Shown here: positions 55,242-64,000 of the stretch, piece after piece
Layout: every line of letters starts with the position of its first letter
Numbering within the stretch: the first letter of the stretch is position 1
DNA from: Pseudohongiella sp.
GTDB taxonomy: Bacteria > Pseudomonadota > Gammaproteobacteria > Pseudomonadales > Pseudohongiellaceae
Direction: 5' to 3'
DNA: 64,000 nucleotides
Assembly (NCBI GenBank): GCA_013204155.1
Contig: JABMOK010000090.1
Coordinates: forward strand, 14,850-78,849
Translations under genes and position numbers: made by a program
The notes under the pieces: generated by a model
Seen by the model: the letters and a program-made list of their open reading frames with translations, nothing else
Told to the model about the DNA's origin: nothing
Database searches by the model: none

Positions 55242-55317
55242 AATTCAATCAGTTACAATAAATTCAATCAGTTACAATAAATTCAATCAGTTACAATAAA
55301 TTCAATCAGTTACAATA
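55242..55317. repeat. four perfect 19-bp tandem repeats in a divergent promoter region
   Basis: Four exact copies of AATTCAATCAGTTACAATA lie between the pepF start (55117, minus) and the 55383 plus-strand gene. Confidence 0.95.
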
Positions 55318-55382
55318 GCAGACGCTTACAATAAAGCGAGTAAGCGAAACGAGATATTAGCGCAATAGCAGGGGTAAGACAC

Positions 55383-55985
55383 ATGCCTATTTTAATAAGC
55401 CGGACCATTGCTATTTACTTGACACTGAGTCTTACCAGCTTGGCCTGCTTCGCGGCCGAGAATAAAACTGCTGTAGCCGAAGCTATTTCAACTCAAGCCA
55501 AGACTTCCAATCGCGAAATTGAACAGATCAATGTAACGGGGCAGCGTACCCTGATGACCATGCGTCACGAGATCATTCGTGAAGAAGATAATCTGTATCG
55601 ACTCTTCAACGACCTGAACGAAGGCGACAAATTCGATATATTCTGCAAAACCGAAAGATCAACCTATTCCTATATCGCTCAGAGATCATGCGAGCCAGTA
55701 TTCTTAAGCCAACTGAAGCAACAAAACGCAAGAGTTATGATTTCAGAAACGCGCCAGGCATTCTCAGAGGATGGAATAAACTTTGCGCTGTTGCAAAATG
55801 GATTGGATATGGCCGAATCAGCAGGCGAATTGCGCGAACAGGCAACGGGGGATTTTGACGCCATGAACGAGGAAATTCTGCGCATCGCGGTGGAAAATCC
55901 CGACTATCTTGCCTCGCTACAAAAGGTCGCTGAATTAAAAACAGCGTATCAGGCCGCCCAAACCAAGCGCTTTGGCAAAGATTAA
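55383..55985 (+). CDS. hypothetical exported protein
   Basis: It has a signal peptide (LTLSLTSLACFA). The 200-aa protein is predicted helical. I recognise no family. Confidence 0.5.
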   Translation: MPILISRTIAIYLTLSLTSLACFAAENKTAVAEAISTQAKTSNREIEQINVTGQRTLMTMRHEIIREEDNLYRLFNDLNEGDKFDIFCKTERSTYSYIAQRSCEPVFLSQLKQQNARVMISETRQAFSEDGINFALLQNGLDMAESAGELREQATGDFDAMNEEILRIAVENPDYLASLQKVAELKTAYQAAQTKRFGKD

Positions 55986-56178
55986 AAAAGTGATCTTGCT
56001 GGCGGGGATTTACGCCGACAATGAATCCCTGCTTGTGCAGCCGCTAACCACTTCGTCTGTTGCCAACGGCTTTTCGGCAAGGTTTGAATCACTGCAAGCT
56101 GAATCGACAAGGGCTTGCAAAAAAAATACGGCGGCGCCATCAAATTTAACCGCTAACCGCCGCGACAACGGCACACGT

Positions 56179-56715
56179 TTAATCTGCCGAGAGAGATTTC
56201 AAATAGACCAGCATAGTCTCCGCGTCACTGCATTCAAAGGGATCGCTTTCGCAATTATCAGACTTACCCGGCTCGGCAAAGAGTTTGCTGATTACCCCGT
56301 CCTCCACCAGCATGGAGTAACGCCAGGAACGATAGCCAAAACCCAGGTTTTCCTTTTTCACCAACATCCCCATCCCTCTGCTGAAGTCTCCATTCCCATC
56401 TGGCAGCATTTGCACCTTGCTTATCTGCAATAATTTGCCCCACTGAAACATCGAGAAAGCATCGTTAACACTCAGACAATAAACCTCATCGATACCCAAT
56501 TCCTTCAACTCATCGTAATGCGCTTCATAACCCGGCATATGGGTGCTACTGCAGGTGGGAGTGAAGGCACCGGGAAGGGCAAACACGACTACCCTTCGAT
56601 TGTTGAAAATTTCATCGCTGGCAAGGTCCTTCCACGCAAAGGGATTGTCGCCCTCTCCCGACTCGTCTCTGACACGGGTTTTAAATACGCTATCTGGAAC
56701 CACTGAATTCATCAT
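56179..56715 (-). CDS. Prx5-type (atypical 2-Cys) peroxiredoxin
   Basis: It has FALPGAFTPTCS with the peroxidatic Cys, and 178 aa with a Prx5/PrxD-like layout. Confidence 0.85.
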   Translation of the reverse strand: MMNSVVPDSVFKTRVRDESGEGDNPFAWKDLASDEIFNNRRVVVFALPGAFTPTCSSTHMPGYEAHYDELKELGIDEVYCLSVNDAFSMFQWGKLLQISKVQMLPDGNGDFSRGMGMLVKKENLGFGYRSWRYSMLVEDGVISKLFAEPGKSDNCESDPFECSDAETMLVYLKSLSAD

Positions 56716-56940
56716 CTCTCACCTCACCGAATACTTGATACGAAGCTGCTTACCAACCCCATTGGGAACAATATAGCGCCAATCTTATTATCGGTAAAAT
56801 GACTTATTACGATTTGGTTGATCGGTATTTACGATTATTAACCAGATAGTTTTTTTGCCGACGAATGGTCGGAAAAACTTAGACATTTGCCGCATTTGCT
56901 ATTAGTCTCTGCATAACTACAAATTAACAAGGGAACCCCC

Positions 56941-58326
56941 ATGAAATCCCGTACTCAACCTCTTTCTATGCGTCTGCCCACGCTGCTTCTCGGCCTGTCC
57001 GCCGCGATCGGCCTGAGCTCTGCTCAAGCACAGGGTGCAGCGCCTACTTTTTACGCCGATGCCCTGCCAGTTTTTCAGAAAAATTGTGTGGCCTGTCATC
57101 AGCCAGATGGACCCGATGTGGGTGGCATATCCGCCCCAATGCCGTTAAATGATTATGCGCAAGCGAAGATATGGGCGCCTCTCATCAAGAACGCCCTGAT
57201 CACCGGCTATATGCCACCCTGGGGTGCCCACGAACGGCATCGCGGCGAATTCAAAGATGAACGCTATATCGATGACGACGAACTTAATTTACTGGTGGCC
57301 TGGGTAGACGGCGGTGCTTTGGAAGGCAATCCTGCTGACGCGGCCTCCCACACTCTGGCGGCAAGCGATGGTACTACGGAACTACCGAATTCCGGTTGGT
57401 GGATAGGCGACCCCGATCTGGTGGTGCAGTTTGACCGCCCAGTTCACGTCGAAGACGACGTCATGGACTGGCAGCCCACGATACAGATGCCGGTACCTCC
57501 CGGCGCACACGATGAGCCAAAATGGGTTGCAAGCGCAGAACTGGATCCCGGTGGTCCCTGGGTTCACCATATCGTTTCCAGTCATATGGGTGTGGGTGTT
57601 CCCGGTCGCGGTCCCTTCTCCTATCCTGAAGGTTGGGGCGTGTTATTGCCGGAAGACCCCTTTATTACCGTCAATATGCACTATCACAAGAATCCCGGCG
57701 AAGGTACGGCGGTAAATGATCTAACCCGTGCCGGTTTCGTATTTTATAAGGACGGCGCCGTGATCGATCACGTTGTTGAAACCAATTTATTACCGAACAG
57801 TGGCTGGACAATTCCGCCAGGTGATCCGAATTACAAGGTCACCAATACCCATGACATCGACGAAGATATCTTTTTGTTATCGATGGGTCCCCACATGCAC
57901 TATCGCGGCAAGGCCATGCGCTATGAAGTGGAATACCCCGACGGCGAAAGAGAGGTATTGCTGTGGGTTCCCAAATACGATTTTAACTGGCAATTCCTCT
58001 ACGAATACAAGGAACCAAAATTTATCCCCGCCGGTTCAACTCTGCACATGAGCTGGTGGTTCGATAATTCCAAGGAGAACCGCTGGAATCCTGATCCCAT
58101 GGCAGCCGTTGAGTATGGGCCTACTACCACGGATGAAATGGCCAATGCGCGGATCTACTTTGCCCCCACCAAGAAGCGCGGCATCGTCGTCGGCGGAGAG
58201 ATTCCCGGGGATGTATTAGCGGCGGCAAGAGATGACGACGAGAGACGTCGTAGCCGTGCAAATCTTCTGGATCAGAGCAAAGACGATTTGAACTGGCTAA
58301 CTGAAGATGGCGTAAACGGTCGCTAA
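56941..58326 (+). CDS. exported mono-heme c (CxxCH) domain fused to a PHM/DBH-like copper monooxygenase-type domain, second paralogue
   Basis: It has a signal peptide and FYADALPVFQKNCVACH (heme motif at 57085-57099). Candidate copper ligands are HH at residues 209-210, HYH at 247-249, HMH at 318-320 and TTDEM with Met400. It shares YDFNW/YDHNW and other blocks with the 26431-27897 protein. Confidence 0.65.
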   Translation: MKSRTQPLSMRLPTLLLGLSAAIGLSSAQAQGAAPTFYADALPVFQKNCVACHQPDGPDVGGISAPMPLNDYAQAKIWAPLIKNALITGYMPPWGAHERHRGEFKDERYIDDDELNLLVAWVDGGALEGNPADAASHTLAASDGTTELPNSGWWIGDPDLVVQFDRPVHVEDDVMDWQPTIQMPVPPGAHDEPKWVASAELDPGGPWVHHIVSSHMGVGVPGRGPFSYPEGWGVLLPEDPFITVNMHYHKNPGEGTAVNDLTRAGFVFYKDGAVIDHVVETNLLPNSGWTIPPGDPNYKVTNTHDIDEDIFLLSMGPHMHYRGKAMRYEVEYPDGEREVLLWVPKYDFNWQFLYEYKEPKFIPAGSTLHMSWWFDNSKENRWNPDPMAAVEYGPTTTDEMANARIYFAPTKKRGIVVGGEIPGDVLAAARDDDERRRSRANLLDQSKDDLNWLTEDGVNGR

Positions 58327-58371
58327 GCCGGAGAAGTTTAAGCTAACACAGCCCAATAAGAGGATAGGAAT

Positions 58372-59367
58372 ATGGTCACTGCCCGAACCAACACGCAGTT
58401 GGCTTTATTCCTGTCCTCTATGAGCTTCCTCAGTCTGCTCCTTATACCAAGCGCCATCGCCCAATCCTCCGACACCTGGATCAACGGCCGTACCGCCGAC
58501 GGTCAACCCGATCTGCAAGGTCTCTGGACCAACGACACCATCACCCCCATAGAACGTCCTGCTTCAATGGCGGGCAAACAATTTCTTTCCGATGATGAAA
58601 TTGCCGCCATGGAAGCCAGCATCGCCGAGCGGCGCGCCTTTGCCGACGACAATATTGACGTCGATGTGGGCGGAAACATTGGCGGCTATAACCAGATCTG
58701 GCTGGATTCAGGCGACACCGTACTCTCTACCGGTCAGACCTCCATGATCGTCGACCCACCCTCTGGACGTGCACCGATACGCCCCGAGGCCGAGGCCATA
58801 AGAGACTATGGTTTCGCCCATGTCGAAGATCACTGGGTAAATCATTCAGTATGGGATCGCTGCATCACCCGTGGTGTACCCGGCTCTATGCTGCCCGCCG
58901 GCTACAACAACGCCTACCGAATTATCCAAACTCCCGATACCGTAACAATCGTGCATGAAATGATTCACGATGTCCGCGTCATTCCACTGCAAAAGAGCGC
59001 CCATCTGGACTCGAGAATAAAACTGTGGATGGGCGATTCAATTGCCCATTGGGAAGATGAAACCTTAGTGGTTGAAACCACCAATTACAATAACCGCGGA
59101 ATGATTGCCAGTAGCGCCGCAGGGGGTAGATTAAAAGGGGTGCCTGTTTCTGAAGATTTACACGTGGTAGAAAGGTTCACTCGCGTGAGTGAAGATACAA
59201 TCATGTGGGAGGCAAGAATTACCGATCCGGTGAATTTCACCCAGCCTTTTACCATTGCTATGCCGCTGACACGCGATGATGAATATGTAATGTATGAATA
59301 TGCCTGTCACGAAGGCAATCATGCCATATCAAATATCTTGAATGCCGGCCGAGTCGCAGAGCGCTAA
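58372..59367 (+). CDS. hypothetical exported protein
   Basis: It has a signal peptide and PDLQGLWTN near the mature N-terminus. Length is 331 aa. It is co-directional with the monooxygenase-like gene, 45 nt downstream. Confidence 0.6.
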   Translation: MVTARTNTQLALFLSSMSFLSLLLIPSAIAQSSDTWINGRTADGQPDLQGLWTNDTITPIERPASMAGKQFLSDDEIAAMEASIAERRAFADDNIDVDVGGNIGGYNQIWLDSGDTVLSTGQTSMIVDPPSGRAPIRPEAEAIRDYGFAHVEDHWVNHSVWDRCITRGVPGSMLPAGYNNAYRIIQTPDTVTIVHEMIHDVRVIPLQKSAHLDSRIKLWMGDSIAHWEDETLVVETTNYNNRGMIASSAAGGRLKGVPVSEDLHVVERFTRVSEDTIMWEARITDPVNFTQPFTIAMPLTRDDEYVMYEYACHEGNHAISNILNAGRVAER

Positions 59368-59475
59368 TTGCCGCGCAAGCCCCTGTATTGCGTTTTAAAA
59401 CTTTTCTGAATAGCCTTTTTTCTGGCCACGCCTGATAGCCGATCAATCTCAATCAACCATCAAACACAGTCCAGA

Positions 59476-61497
59476 TCAGCTAACCGCGATCGGCTCCCAG
59501 GTCTTGTGCCTGGCCTTTACCTCTTCCACCGAATGCTTACAAACGCCAGACTTGGCGATCAACTTGATTTCGCAAACATCGCAGCGCACACATTCTTTGA
59601 AGTCAATTTCCGCCATGCGGATCGCGCCTGTCGGACAGCCGCGCTCGCAAACTTTGCACACCTGACACTGTTGCACCCGCGTTATGCGCCAGGGAGAAAT
59701 CAGTGCCATCACACCCAAAGCCGCGCCCAGGGGACAGGCATAACGACAATAGAAACGGCTAATCATGGAGGACCCTAGCAGAATGCCTAGCAGAATAACC
59801 CACAACAGCACAGACTGACTGAAGTAAAAAAGTGTACCGAAAGGTTCAAAATACTGGAAGATGCTCAACTCACTGTAAGTCAGGGAGGTAATAATCAGCA
59901 TCGCCAATATTCCATACTTGATGTAAATCGCTTTATCGTGAATCGCCTGGGGCAGTTCTCTTTGCCATTTACGCGGCAGAATCCGGGTCATAAAATCCTG
60001 CAAGGCACCAAACGGACACAGCGAAGAACAGAACACTCTACCCCAAAACAGAGTGGTCACGATTGTAAACACTATAATCAATAGCAGCGGCAAATCACTA
60101 AGAAACATCGATGGACCAAGTTTGATGCCGTTAGTGATATGCGAGATGGAAAGGAATGTGCCGTTATAGAATCCCAGATAACCAAGCGTGTAGGCGAGCG
60201 CAACCCAACGAATGGCAGAACTCTTGCGTAAGAACGCCGTCATTACCAAGGCAAACAAAACCAAAAGCGCCGCAACTTCCGACCACTGTGCGTTATTGAT
60301 CAGACTTTCGAAAACACCCTCTTCCTCGAAGTCAGAAAAATCATTGCGACTCCCACCCTCTGGCAAAAATTCTGCCGGCACCGGTCGGCCCTGAGCCAGG
60401 GCAAGCGCCAGCGGCGGAACCTGATATTCAACTTGAGCAATGTCTTCCAGGTTCGTGGCTTCCACACCGGTGTCATACAAAACAGTAAATGGCTGCGCCA
60501 GGTCGATCGCCTCATCCAGCACCATCGCTCCGGCAAAACGAACCTTGCCCTCGATCTTGCCTGCATCAGCACTGCCCACATACACAAAACGGCGGCGTTC
60601 AATTGAATACACTTCCTCACCTTGCATCACCGCCAGGCGCTCCTGCCTGAATGGAGAGGAGGCATTGCCGTCAATACCGATCAGCACCATATTGCCGTTC
60701 GCCACTCGATTACTGGCTTCACGATCGGCGCGAGAATAGTCGGCCGTACCCACCATCAAATCACCAAGTCCTTCCGTCCCCATAAAGGCAATGGTGAGAT
60801 TCAGCTCACTGCCATCTTCGAGGACTATAGGAAAATCCTTAACCAGGCCCGATTCCTTCATCTCATCCCAGGACTGGGCTTCCAATAGCTGCAAAGCGGT
60901 AGCGCCACTGCTGTCACTGGCCGCAAAATCGGAATCAGACAGATAGGCCCGAGCAACACGTCGAGCAGCATTGCGAATTCCTCTGGAAGTCGCCCAGCTG
61001 GTAAGTGTGGCGCGCGATACACCATCCACATCGCGACCAACCCTAAAGCCGTCGCTAACCGACATCCCCTTGAACTGAAAAGGAAAGCGCTCAGTGGCGA
61101 GAAAATCACCGCGAATGCTCATATAGGATTCGCGATAATACAAAACCTTTATCCCGGTCAGTATTCCCTCAAGGTCCATGCCGACTAACACTTGAATCGG
61201 CGCACTATAGCCAATTTCTTCGGGTGGATAATCCGGGGTTTCAAACAGATAACCAATCAGCGGTGCCTCGCCCCCCGCGGGTGCCTCACCAAAGGCTTTA
61301 TAGACAGGAGGCTCACCGGATTTTTCCGCGAAGCTTTGTGCCGCCGGCATGACTCCCTTCAGCAACTGCAGATCCTCATCGGTTAAACCTGCTTGCCCAT
61401 AGGCAATCGGTGCTACCAAGGCGAGTACAGTAAATGTGGATAACAGGAAGTGGGAAAGCGGCGGAAACAGGTTCTTAACTGAACTACGGAAGGACAT
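59476..61497 (-). CDS. NosR/NirI-family membrane FMN- and Fe-S-binding protein
   Basis: The periplasmic FMN-bind-like domain carries DGVSRATLTS. The transmembrane helices carry CPFGALQD and CPLGAALG motifs. The C-terminal ferredoxin motifs are CQVCKVCERGCP and CVRCDVCE. Confidence 0.8.
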   Translation of the reverse strand: MSFRSSVKNLFPPLSHFLLSTFTVLALVAPIAYGQAGLTDEDLQLLKGVMPAAQSFAEKSGEPPVYKAFGEAPAGGEAPLIGYLFETPDYPPEEIGYSAPIQVLVGMDLEGILTGIKVLYYRESYMSIRGDFLATERFPFQFKGMSVSDGFRVGRDVDGVSRATLTSWATSRGIRNAARRVARAYLSDSDFAASDSSGATALQLLEAQSWDEMKESGLVKDFPIVLEDGSELNLTIAFMGTEGLGDLMVGTADYSRADREASNRVANGNMVLIGIDGNASSPFRQERLAVMQGEEVYSIERRRFVYVGSADAGKIEGKVRFAGAMVLDEAIDLAQPFTVLYDTGVEATNLEDIAQVEYQVPPLALALAQGRPVPAEFLPEGGSRNDFSDFEEEGVFESLINNAQWSEVAALLVLFALVMTAFLRKSSAIRWVALAYTLGYLGFYNGTFLSISHITNGIKLGPSMFLSDLPLLLIIVFTIVTTLFWGRVFCSSLCPFGALQDFMTRILPRKWQRELPQAIHDKAIYIKYGILAMLIITSLTYSELSIFQYFEPFGTLFYFSQSVLLWVILLGILLGSSMISRFYCRYACPLGAALGVMALISPWRITRVQQCQVCKVCERGCPTGAIRMAEIDFKECVRCDVCEIKLIAKSGVCKHSVEEVKARHKTWEPIAVS

Positions 61498-61794
61498 TAT
61501 TATTATTTTCCTTATTCTAATTCTTGCAGCCGGTACTGTGGATGATCCAGGAAATTGCCCGGTATTTAATCAAATAAACAGCAGCAGGTACATCACGACG
61601 AGGATCAATAGTCCAATAGTTACAAATAGTTACAGGATTTTCAGAAGGCACTGTCGATTCCGGGATTTAGCTTGCCCTAGACAGCGCGAGAAAGCAGACA
61701 ATTTCCGCATAGCGACGGATTTCTTCATAAATAACAAGCAGATAAAAATACGCTAGCCGAGGGCGTGTCTGCAGGTATAATCTTCATTTGCTAA

Positions 61795-62283
61795 ATGAAA
61801 GGCGACTATCCCATGCACAGAGTGATCACTACAAGCTCAAAATTCCTCTTCCTACTCTATTTAGGCCTTACACAATTCACTCTTACCCAGGCTGCGGATG
61901 AAACGATGTCAAAAAATGAAACGATTATAAGAGAATTTGTTGCCGCCTGGTCCAATCTTGATGCGGATGAATTGGCTACCTACTTTACCGACGATGGCGT
62001 CTATTACAATATGCCCACCCAGCCGATTTCAGGCCGCGACAATGTAAAAGCATTCATTGGCAATTTCATAGGTCCCTGGGAAAGTACCGACTGGGAAATT
62101 CTTAATATTATTGCTGAAGGCGATATTGTAATGGTAGAACGCATGGATCACACCGTAGCCGCGGGGAAACAGATCGAACTCCCCTGTTTCGGTATTTTTG
62201 AAATGAAAAATGGCAAGATAAAGGTATGGCGTGATTACTTTAACCTGGCCACTTATACCAATGCTCTTACCGGCTCGAATTAG
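61795..62283 (+). CDS. exported SnoaL/limonene-1,2-epoxide-hydrolase-like (NTF2-fold) protein
   Basis: It has a signal peptide, and the blocks IREFVAAWSNLDADELATYFTDDGVYYNMP and KIKVWRDYFN are typical of the LEH/SnoaL fold. The start may be the ATG at 61813. Confidence 0.65.
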   Translation: MKGDYPMHRVITTSSKFLFLLYLGLTQFTLTQAADETMSKNETIIREFVAAWSNLDADELATYFTDDGVYYNMPTQPISGRDNVKAFIGNFIGPWESTDWEILNIIAEGDIVMVERMDHTVAAGKQIELPCFGIFEMKNGKIKVWRDYFNLATYTNALTGSN

Positions 62284-62317
62284 CCGTAGGCAAAGGAAGG
62301 AAAACCAAGCTCAAAAA

Positions 62318-62356
62318 GGGGCACTCTTTTATCTGAAGGAGCGCCCCTTTTTTTTA
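62318..62356 (+). terminator. rho-independent terminator
   Basis: GGGGCACTC, then a loop, then GAGCGCCCC (one mismatch), followed by nine T. Confidence 0.7.
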
Positions 62357-62543
62357 GGCTGATTCAAGCAAAAAAAGGGGCCGGAAAGAGAGGGGCCACG
62401 GCTGGAACACAGTCATATTCTGGCTTTACTTGATTATCATCAATCATTGATTTATCTCCCATTGACCTCCCCTCCGGCGTGGAACTAAGATGGGCACAGA
62501 TATAAACGGGATTTTGAACAAGTCATCGCAGAGGAATTCGATC

Positions 62544-62834
62544 ATGAGCAAGAGAAAACTGTACGAAGACCAGGTAAGAGAAAAACTGCAGCAATTGGAG
62601 GGCGAAATTGACAGGCTCAAACAACAGGTCAAAAACGCAGAAGCGGAATTGCTACCTGAGCGACACAGTAAAATTGAAAGCCTGCACTCGCTAAAAGAAG
62701 AGACGAAAGAAAAATTTCAGGAATTGCTTGCGGCCAGCGATGATGCCTGGGAGGAACTGCAAGAAGGTGTGGAGCACTATTGGAAAGCGCTGGGCAATGA
62801 GCTGAAAGCCTATGATGGTGACCCGGAACATTAG
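62544..62834 (+). CDS. small coiled-coil protein
   Basis: The start is moved to MSKRKLYEDQVREKLQQLEGEIDRLKQQ. The sequence is heptad-rich and is followed by a strong terminator. Confidence 0.5.
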   Translation: MSKRKLYEDQVREKLQQLEGEIDRLKQQVKNAEAELLPERHSKIESLHSLKEETKEKFQELLAASDDAWEELQEGVEHYWKALGNELKAYDGDPEH

Positions 62835-62857
62835 AGGCTCGCCAACAACAGTAGCCA

Positions 62858-62890
62858 GAGAAGGGGAGCCACGGGCTCCCCTTCTCTTTT
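62858..62890 (+). terminator. rho-independent terminator
   Basis: GAGAAGGGGAGCC-ACG-GGCTCCCCTTCTC, a 13-bp perfect stem, followed by TTTT. Confidence 0.85.
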
Positions 62891-63005
62891 GTGACTAAAC
62901 GGGTAGCCAAAACGGCATCCTGATCTGCTCGAGTAGTATTAACTCCTGCGGGCGCAGCCCGTAATCTGCTATCATGCGCGCCCCGCCATTCAGGACCAAG
63001 CAATC

Positions 63006-64000
63006 GTGACCAATTCTGCATTCTCAACATTAGCCATCAAACCCGAACTGTTATCCAGCATTCAGTCCTTAGACTATGAGGTGATGACGCCAATTCAGGC
63101 CCAGAGCCTGCCTGTTCTTCTGGCCGGGCAGGATTTGATCGCTCAGGCAAAAACCGGCAGCGGAAAAACCGCCGCTTTTGCCATCGGCCTGCTTAACAAG
63201 CTTGAGGTATTAAACTATCAGACTCAGGCATTGGTGCTATGCCCCACTCGCGAACTGGCAGATCAGGTGAGTAATGAAATTCGCCGCTTGGCCAGAACCA
63301 TCCCCAACACCAAAATACTGACACTATGTGGCGGCAAACCAATGGGCCCGCAACTGGCCTCTCTGCAACGCGACCCGCATATCGTGGTTGGCACGCCGGG
63401 CCGAATACTGAAACATTTAGGCAAGGGCACGCTAAAACTCGATAGCCTGAAAACACTGGTACTGGACGAAGCCGATCGAATGCTTGATATGGGTTTCCAT
63501 GAGGACATCATGCAAATTATTGACAGCATGCCACGGCAAAGACAGACCCTGTTGTTTTCGGCGACCTATCCCGCTGGGATCAAGAAAATTAGCGATGCCG
63601 TGCAGACCGATCCGGTTGATATTCGTGTCGAAGCGTCCCATCACAGCACGCAGATCAAACAGGTCTTCTATGAAATAGAAAAAGGCGAACGAACCAACAC
63701 GCTGATCGCGTTATTAGAACATTACGCCCCCGAATCCACTCTGGTATTTTGCAACACCAAGCAACAATGCCAGGAACTCGCCGCCGAGTTGCGCCAGCAG
63801 GACTTCCACGCGCTTGCCTTGCATGGCGATTTGGAGCAGTTTGACCGCGATCAGGTGCTCGTGCAGTTTTCCAATAACAGCAGCTCGATATTAATCGCCA
63901 CCGATGTAGCGGCACGCGGACTGGATATCAAAGAACTGGCGGCGGTGATTAATTTCGAATTGACCCGCGATCCGGAAGTGCATATTCATCGAATCGGACG
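63006..64000 (+). CDS. dbpA: ATP-dependent DEAD-box RNA helicase DbpA, 3' end cut by the window edge
   Basis: This gene is not in the supplied ORF track because it has no stop inside the window. The frame opens after the TAA at 62940. The GTG at 63006 gives VTNSAFSTLAIKPELL...MTPIQAQSLP. It has motif I AKTGSGKTAAF, LVLDEADRML, SATYP and HIHRIGR at the edge, and its N-terminus is collinear with E. coli DbpA as I recall it. Confidence 0.85.
   Translation, partial: MTNSAFSTLAIKPELLSSIQSLDYEVMTPIQAQSLPVLLAGQDLIAQAKTGSGKTAAFAIGLLNKLEVLNYQTQALVLCPTRELADQVSNEIRRLARTIPNTKILTLCGGKPMGPQLASLQRDPHIVVGTPGRILKHLGKGTLKLDSLKTLVLDEADRMLDMGFHEDIMQIIDSMPRQRQTLLFSATYPAGIKKISDAVQTDPVDIRVEASHHSTQIKQVFYEIEKGERTNTLIALLEHYAPESTLVFCNTKQQCQELAAELRQQDFHALALHGDLEQFDRDQVLVQFSNNSSSILIATDVAARGLDIKELAAVINFELTRDPEVHIHRIG

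Noticed and set aside
55242-55317. Possibility that the tandem arrays (this one and those at 25291, 28074, 38228 and 53216) are CRISPR arrays
   Set aside because: The repeats are directly adjacent with no unique spacers, the units are only 12-26 bp, and no cas genes are in the window.
55972-56433. 153-aa plus-strand ORF
   Set aside because: Its 3' half is antisense to the well-supported Prx5 peroxiredoxin gene, and I recognise no motif in it.
61436-61756. 106-aa plus-strand ORF in the spacer upstream of the NosR-like gene
   Set aside because: It starts antisense to the NosR-like N-terminus and continues through AT-rich promoter-like DNA. Its composition is not protein-like.
1-64000. Search for tRNA, rRNA, transposase, integrase, phage or toxin-antitoxin genes
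   Set aside because: I could recognise no T-loop/acceptor-type tRNA structure, no rRNA-like segment and no IS or integrase motif (DDE, tyrosine-recombinase RHRY) by eye. This absence is not proof and should be confirmed with tRNAscan- and Rfam-type tools.

Overview
64-kb chromosomal window at roughly 50% GC by eye. I found no rRNA or tRNA genes, no transposase, integrase or phage genes, and no CRISPR array. The housekeeping markers (holD-like/rimI pair, rimO, dbpA, hisC, thpR) suggest a Gammaproteobacterium, probably a marine heterotroph; that placement is inference only. I can support about 58 protein-coding genes. The dbpA gene at the 3' edge is missing from the supplied ORF track, and about 13 starts are moved downstream of the longest-ORF start to signal-peptide, SD-supported or homology-consistent Met codons. 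Acyl-CoA and fatty-acid genes are scattered through the window: acyl-CoA dehydrogenase, acyl-CoA synthetase, crotonase, carboxyltransferase and two MDR quinone oxidoreductases. Much of the rest encodes exported proteins, many of them redox enzymes. Main points of interest: (1) Two paralogous exported proteins (26431-27897 and 56941-58326) fuse an N-terminal CxxCH heme-c motif to what looks like a PHM/DBH-type copper monooxygenase ligand set. The first copy lies 1.3 kb from a PAL-like NHL propeller and directly downstream of a PQQ dehydrogenase plus c-type cytochrome, which suggests a periplasmic, cytochrome-fed hydroxylase/lyase system. (2) An Anbu (ancestral proteasome beta subunit) module has an HExxH zinc-ribbon metallopeptidase at the position where a transglutaminase-like gene is usually described. 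The Anbu gene is inverted and overlaps its neighbour at the 3' ends. (3) A Serratia-NucA-type nuclease homologue has its DRGH catalytic motif changed to DQGR. (4) An orphan GAF-fused GspE/PilB-type ATPase. (5) Short tandem-repeat arrays (7- to 26-bp units) recur in intergenic regions, and a 147-bp palindromic element lies between two convergent genes. All functional calls come from motif recognition by eye and recalled family knowledge. None has been checked against a database.
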